Shown piece after piece: positions 57,923 to 64,000 of a DNA stretch of 64,000 bases (position 1 is the stretch's first letter; the number at the start of each line of letters is the position of its first letter). The translations under genes and the position numbers were made by a program. The DNA comes from Octopus vulgaris. Lineage: Eukaryota. Under the pieces are notes generated by a model. It had not been told where the DNA came from. It saw nothing but the letters and a program-made list of their open reading frames with translations, and made no database searches. The DNA lies in assembly GCA_951406725.2 (NCBI GenBank), contig OX597822.1, forward strand, positions 24,304,001 through 24,368,000. Reading direction: 5' to 3'.

Positions 57923-58084
57923 GGCAGACAGACAGACAGACAGATATATATAAACAACAAATAATTGCAATAAATTACCGAATGCATTAATAAAAATATA
58001 TGTATTGAAGCAAAATTGTGACATAATTTTATAAAAATATCTTAATGTTATTTATTTAGTTTATTATTATTTTTGTTGTTTTAG

Positions 58085-58281
58085 GAAACCACCACTGTCC
58101 ATTGGTCAGAAAGTAGAGTTGGTTTTCGTAGTATTTTCTGGTTTTGTCATCAATTTTATGGTGTTTGGTTTTGCTGCCAGCCTATCGGTGTATTTCGTAA
58201 AATATAAACGGGCCTTTCCGATGCATTATGAAATGGTTTTATTAACAATATTTTTGCAAACAGGTGTTTTCTCTACTGTAG
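58085..58281 (+). CDS. SLC16-like gene 2, exon 2 (KPPLSIGQKVELVFVVFSGFVINFMVFGFAASLSVYFVKYKRAF...QTGVFSTVG)
   Basis: TTTTAG| acceptor and GTAG|GTAAGT donor. 197 nt, open, paralogous to gene 1 exon 2. Confidence 0.9.
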
Positions 58282-59900
58282 GTAAGTGAACGTCTTTTTA
58301 GTAATTTTAAAACTTAAATAGTACCCTGCTATACAAAGTAATAATTTGTTATTAGCTTTTGTAATCCCACGCCAATACTCAAATTTCATAGACATAAAAT
58401 TTTATGTAAGCATACATACATCTTACTAGACCATTTGTACACGAAATTCTTTTTAAGAGAAGACATGTAATTTATGCACTACAGAATCGTACGAAACCCT
58501 ATTGGTACAAGCATAAAATTTGCAACATTTTCCCATATTTTAATGATGAAAAATACCCTGATAGACAAAGTGATAGTTTTTTATTAATTTTGTGTTAGCT
58601 CTTATCCGCCCACACCACCCTGGAAAAGTAATACCTGTAAACTTTTTACGCAGATACGTTTCGCATAATTCTTTTTTGTACATACATACATTATATGAGA
58701 CCCATTTATGCATTATTACTTTGGAATTTTTCAATTCTTATTTTTTATTTCATAAATATTTTCGAAAGATATCTATAATATTTATGTAAGTAATAATGGA
58801 CTAATTTGTTTATTGTTTATATGTTTATTGATAGAAAAAATATAGATTTTTAATTACTATATTTGTTGATTATAATGTAGATACTTATTTTTATATATTT
58901 ATTATTTTATAATTATTATATGCAAACTAAAATCTAAAAATATTAAGAGTGATTGTTTTGTAAAATAGTTTGGTAATTAAATATTAGAATATAACTAGGT
59001 TAAAGATATTCTATAGTTTATTTATGTTTTTTATTAAACTAAATTATATCTTCACAGATAAATACATCTTTCTATCTATCTACTCAATTTTTGTACCTTA
59101 AATATTTAACATAATAAATGTATTGTAGGAAACTGATACTAATGTTTTAAGTTTCAAATTTAGTTAATGGAGTTTCTTCTATAAGAAAAATCATTATTTT
59201 ATTTTTCTAATAAATATTGTTTAACTCTATTTGCTTATTTATTTAACTATTATTGTTAACCTGAAGAGTGACTATAATTTTAAATTGAATTGATTTTCGA
59301 TTAAATTAAAATTTAATTGTAATTCGAATTTAATTATAGCCATGAAACGTACGTAGTTTTTTTTACTTATTATATATTGATTATTCATTTTTATACTTTT
59401 TGTGATCTAGCTATACCTCTTATTATAAAAGGCAGATTTTATCTGCCTCCCTTTGGGAGTTATACAAATCTACAATATAGGATTTCTTCAATTACAATTT
59501 ACCTAGCATTTTTAAGAGTACAATGCATCGCGTCATGCCAGGTCCAGTTTTTAAAATTTAAACTCCAATTAAGCAAAATTTACAGAAAACTCACATTCTG
59601 GTGTGTGTGTCAAATGCTTTTCTTAGTCTGGTTTACACCACACGCAAACGCACACACACAGTGGGCAACGAATAAAATGAAAGTAATTCACTTACTGTAG
59701 TGAGTGATTCTTTCACTCTGCCTCCCACTTCCTCTTTCCACACATAGACACGCAAATATATAAATAAAATTGTAAGCTAACGTGCGTGTGTGTGAGTGTG
59801 TGTGTGTGTGTGTGTGCGCGTGTGTGTGTGTGAGGGTGCGTGAGTGTGTGACAGGAAAGTTTTTTACGACGAATATAAGACCTATATCCAAGTAGCAGAA

Positions 59901-60170
59901 AGATAAGACAGTAAGGTGTGATTTGAGGGAGATTTGGCTGCTATTTCTACCATGTCTAGCTGCCATGTAGGGGTCTCCCTCATAGGCTCATACATACATA
60001 TATACATAGATAAGACAGTAAGGTGTGATTTGGGGGAAATTTGGCTGCTATTTCTACCAGGTCTAGCTATCATGTAGAGGTCCCCCTCATTGGCTCATAT
60101 ATATATACATACATAAGACAGTAAGGTGTGATTTGAGGGAGATTTGGCTGCTGTTTCTACCAGGTCTGTT
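59901..60170 (+). repeat. Tandem triplication of an about 105-bp unit (ATAAGACAGTAAGGTGTGATTTG..GGAGATTTGGCTGCT...)
   Basis: Three recognisable copies starting near 59901, 60009 and 60112. Confidence 0.85.
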
Positions 60171-60524
60171 AGGCCTTCTCATGTAAACTCAAGCTTTCTC
60201 ATGCCTTGAACATAAGACCAAAGCAGAGAATGTATTCTTTTATTCTTCTGCTTTTTCCAGCCATTGGTCTGTGGCCATGCTGGGGCAATGCCTTGAAGAA
60301 TTGTAGTTTAATGAATCAACTCCAGTTTTATTTTTGTAAGCATTGTACTTATTCTATCTGTTTCCTTTGTCAAACCACTAGGTGACAGGGATGTAAACAA
60401 ACCAACATTCGTTGTCAAGCAGTGGTGGAGGACAATCACAAGCACAGACATGCACACACACACACACACATACATGCATACACATATACACACATACATA
60501 TATATATGTGTGTGTATATATATA

Positions 60525-60847
60525 TTGCAGCGTGGAAGGTGTTTGTAAGCCATTTAAGAAACACACAAAAACCGTTACATTCACTTCAACATTTAAATTT
60601 AATTTGCCAAAATATTTTCGTCGCTTTGAGACCACGACCTGTTCACTGACAAAAATATCGTGCTAACAGGTCGCGGTCTCAAAGCGACGAAAATATTTTG
60701 ACAAATTAAATTTAAATGTTGAAGTGAATCTAACGGTTTTTGTGTGTTTCTTAAATGGCTTATAAACACCTTCAACGCTGCAACTGTTTTCGTTCCAGCA
60801 CACGATCTCAGATCAAGTTACTTGCTATGCAAGTACATCTCTGTAAC
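60525..60847 (+). mobile_element. Penelope-type fold-back insertion (119-bp arms 60525-60643 / 60665-60783) in (TA)n, intron 2 of gene 2
   Basis: Inverted arms with few mismatches and a hammerhead-like motif with core GTGAACA. Confidence 0.7.
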
Positions 60848-60945
60848 TATATATATATTTATATATATATATATATGTATATTGGTAAAAACAGTAAGAT
60901 AACAAAAGAAAGAAAGAGACCTCAATATTATGTAAATAGAGGAAA

Positions 60946-61337
60946 TCTTTATATATAAAAGTGAGGTTGTGTGTCTGTCTCCTACGATTTAGATTCCTAA
61001 CTACTCCCACATTTTGCGGTGCAGTTTAACCAAAACCGGGTATCTTATAGTCGTGATTCATATCAAGACCGTCTGGGTATTAGCGCGCGTCTACGATGAG
61101 TCTACGATTTAAAAAAAATTTACCATCAATTTTTCCCATTTTTAATCCATTTTTGACATATATAAGGGAAGTAACTCTCTAAAATTTATTATTAAATCTC
61201 AGAACGTAAAAAGCTACAGTAACACCCCTCCCCCTTTGTGGTTAGCCATATTGAGATGGCTATTATACTTTACATCTCTAAAAATGCTTATATAATTATT
61301 TCCTACAAACCCGAGCAACGCCGGGTGATACTGCTAG
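60946..61337 (+). mobile_element. Non-autonomous Helitron
   Basis: A|TC 5' end, 3' hairpin CCCGAGCAACGCCGGG, CTAG|T end, no TSD. Related 5' portions at about 57440 and 59416. Confidence 0.8.
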
Positions 61338-61512
61338 TGTTTTATAAAAATATATCTTATTTTTTATTTATGATTTGGTTTATGTCTATCATTGTTTGAA
61401 TTGCATAATAGTGTTTTTTCTTCTCTAATTTATATTTTATATATTTATATTGTGAAATTTGATTTAATACTAAATTGAATTATTCCCTGTAAGCTTGGAG
61501 TTATACTCCCTA

Positions 61513-61587
<75 letters not shown>

Positions 61588-62941
61588 AGGTCCTGGAAGG
61601 GTTGAAAGAAAGGGGTTTCCTATGCAGCATTCAACCCAAATTTGAGGCTATCTGAACTCTTAATCGTAGCTTTAAGTAAGAACGAAATCCTTTAGATGTA
61701 GAAAATCCAGGTGTCATATCGGTAAAACCAAAATGTGGTGTTAACGAAAAGTAAAATGTAATCGATATTAGTGGACAAAGAAAGAGTATATTACATCTTT
61801 AATGATCAGTTACATGTGTTTCTCTGCTAACTCTAATTTTAACACCAATTCACACAAAAGTTCCATGCAAAATGTTGCGTAATATTTCCGGTTTTAAACA
61901 TTAGAGTGACACTTCATCATACCATATCTATTTTATGACTTGTCTGTCACTTCATAAGTTTATATTTATTTTCATCTTTATTTCTACTTCTTGTTTCCTC
62001 TCAAATACAAAATACAGCGTTTGGCAGAAGGACATTATAAGAGCGCATCTTTTTTTCATGCAAGCCTTATGAAGTGCCACTTCCATAATTTTTTTTTTCT
62101 TAATGCGCCCTTTTCAACCCTAGCCAGGCTCATGGGCCCGGTTTCCCGGTTTCTGCAGCATATGTGTTGCCCCCAGCTGGACAGGACGCCAGTCCATCGC
62201 AGCGTTACTCAAGAGACAGGAAGAAAGAGTGAGAGAAAGTTGGGGCGAAAGAGTACAACAGGGGTCGCCACCACCCGCTACTGGAGCATCGTGGAGCTTT
62301 AGGTGTTTTCGCTCAACAAACACACACAACACCTGGTCTGAGAATCGAAACTGCGATCCTCCGACCGCGAGTCCGCTGCCCTAACCACTGCGCCTCCACA
62401 CTTTAATATTTAGAATTGCAAATATTACGTGTATTTTCACATGGAACTTTACATAAATTGATGTCAAAAGCAGAAATGGTACGGAAACAATCGAAACTAG
62501 TCGTTATATATTATTATTATACTCTTTACTCTTTACTCTTTTACTTGTTTCAGTCATTTGACTGCGGCGATGCTGGAGCACCGCCTTTAGTCGAGCAAAT
62601 CGACCCCAGGACTTATTTTTTGTAAGCCCAGTACTTATTATATCGGTCTCTTTGCCGAACCGCTAAGTGACGGGGACGTAAACACACCAGCATCGGTTGT
62701 CAAGCAATGCTAGGGGGACAAACACAGACACACAAACATATACACATACACTTATATATATATATACATATATAGGACAGGCTTCTTTCAGTTTCCGTCT
62801 ACCAAATCCATTCATTCACAAGGCATTGGTCAGCCCGGGGCTATAGCAGAAGACACTTGCCCAAGATGCCACGCAGTGGGACTGAACCCGGAACCATGTG
62901 GCTGGTTAGCAAGCTACTTACCACACAGCCACTCCTGCGCC

Positions 62942-63004
<63 letters not shown>

Positions 63005-63006
63005 CA

Positions 63007-63546
63007 TTGAGTGACAGAGCAGTACATGCCATCAAAGTGACAGTGGGGTAAAATATACGAAGCCCAATATACCCATCATGACTACCCGTCTGAAAAGGGT
63101 ACACCAGGCACACAATCATATGTACGCGACATGGTGGTCTCATATCAAGATAAACAGCGCATGACCTTGCAGGTAGGGCCCAGTTAGAATTTTCTTCTGG
63201 TCGTGTAGGCCATTCCGCTCAAAAGGTCCCTGAATAAGGGTTGTTTAAGGACGTTGAACGAAACACCCATGTTTCCAGAGGTGAATTATTCAAATCCCAA
63301 AGAATCCTTCTCAACACATGGCTATGATGCTCCCCCACTACTTCTGCTTGTGTTCAGAGATGCACATATCGTCAGCCACTAAGGGACATGGGCAACTGGT
63401 TAAGGTCAAACAACTGACAAGCAAATCTGTGGTATTGAGCAGAATATTTGCTGTAGCTCATCTTTTATACCAAGACAAAACAAGGTACATGATAACACTT
63501 CCAATCAGTTAAGATCAGAAACCATGAGAGCCACTGTCTGGTACTG

Positions 63547-63550
<4 letters not shown>
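63007..63550 (-). mobile_element. About 550-bp non-autonomous element embedded in (TAA)n, copy 2
   Basis: Second copy. Its flanking (TAT)n runs up to the exon-3 acceptor of gene 2. Confidence 0.8.
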
Positions 63551-63623
<73 letters not shown>

Positions 63624-63629
63624 TCGCAG

Positions 63630-63773
63630 GTATGTTGGCAGGAATGTTCCTCCACAAATTCGGAGTACGAGCCACAGCAGTTTCGGGAAGCGTTCTACTC
63701 AGCTTAGGAGTCGGTGCCTCTTGTTTTGCACCCAACATCATATTTCTTATGTGTTTCTTTGGAATTGTAAGCG
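63630..63773 (+). CDS. SLC16-like gene 2, exon 3 (GMLAGMFLHKFGVRATAVSGSVLLSLG...FGIVSG); gene continues beyond the window
   Basis: TTCGCAG| acceptor and AGCG|GTAAGT donor. 144-nt phase 1-1 exon with motif A (HKFGVR). Confidence 0.92.
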
Positions 63774-64000
63774 GTAAGTACAGCTTGACACATACATATG
63801 CATACACACCAGCCTGCCTCACGCCTCGCGCACGCATGCACACACTCAAACGCGCGCACACACACATACACGTATAGGCAAATACTTGCAGAATTGAAAA
63901 CCGGGAAAAAGCAGTTAAGAAGGAGTATGTATATATATATATATATAGTCGCCTAGAAGTCCATAAGTCAGGAAAAATATGCATTCGTATATCTGTCATC

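Noticed and set aside
58750-59350. Extremely AT-rich stretch resembling an organellar control region
   Set aside because: No mitochondrial gene or tRNA remnants recognised; consistent with ordinary AT-rich intron.

Overview
AT-rich, repeat-saturated animal genomic DNA. The SINE families and microsatellite load suggest a coleoid cephalopod, probably Octopus (inference). Two spliced SLC16/monocarboxylate-transporter-like (MFS) genes lie head-to-head. Gene 1 is complete on the minus strand (5 coding exons, 43033..26900, 1659 nt, 552 aa, GT-AG introns in frame). Gene 2 on the plus strand has its first three coding exons in the window (53921..63773) and runs off the right edge. The rest is mobile DNA: Penelope-like relics (GIY-YIG and RT-thumb fragments, fold-back pseudo-LTR hairpins), R4/Dong-like RLE LINEs in (CATA)n, a non-autonomous element in (TAA)n, RTE fragments (one with a 5' inversion), a gypsy LTR+gag relic, a mariner, GG-ended MITEs with telomere-like repeats, Helitron/Helentron non-autonomous elements, at least four SINE families and many microsatellites. 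Most ORF-track entries are microsatellite or SINE artefacts. Most notable: (1) a set of minimal hammerhead-ribozyme-like motifs in Penelope-type repeats whose core positions 3 and 8 covary (C-G, U-A, G-C); (2) the divergent SLC16 pair, with gene 1 lacking the proton-coupling residues and carrying an acidic dileucine organelle-sorting motif; (3) retroelements that appear to partition different microsatellites as insertion targets. All calls were made by eye, with no database searches.
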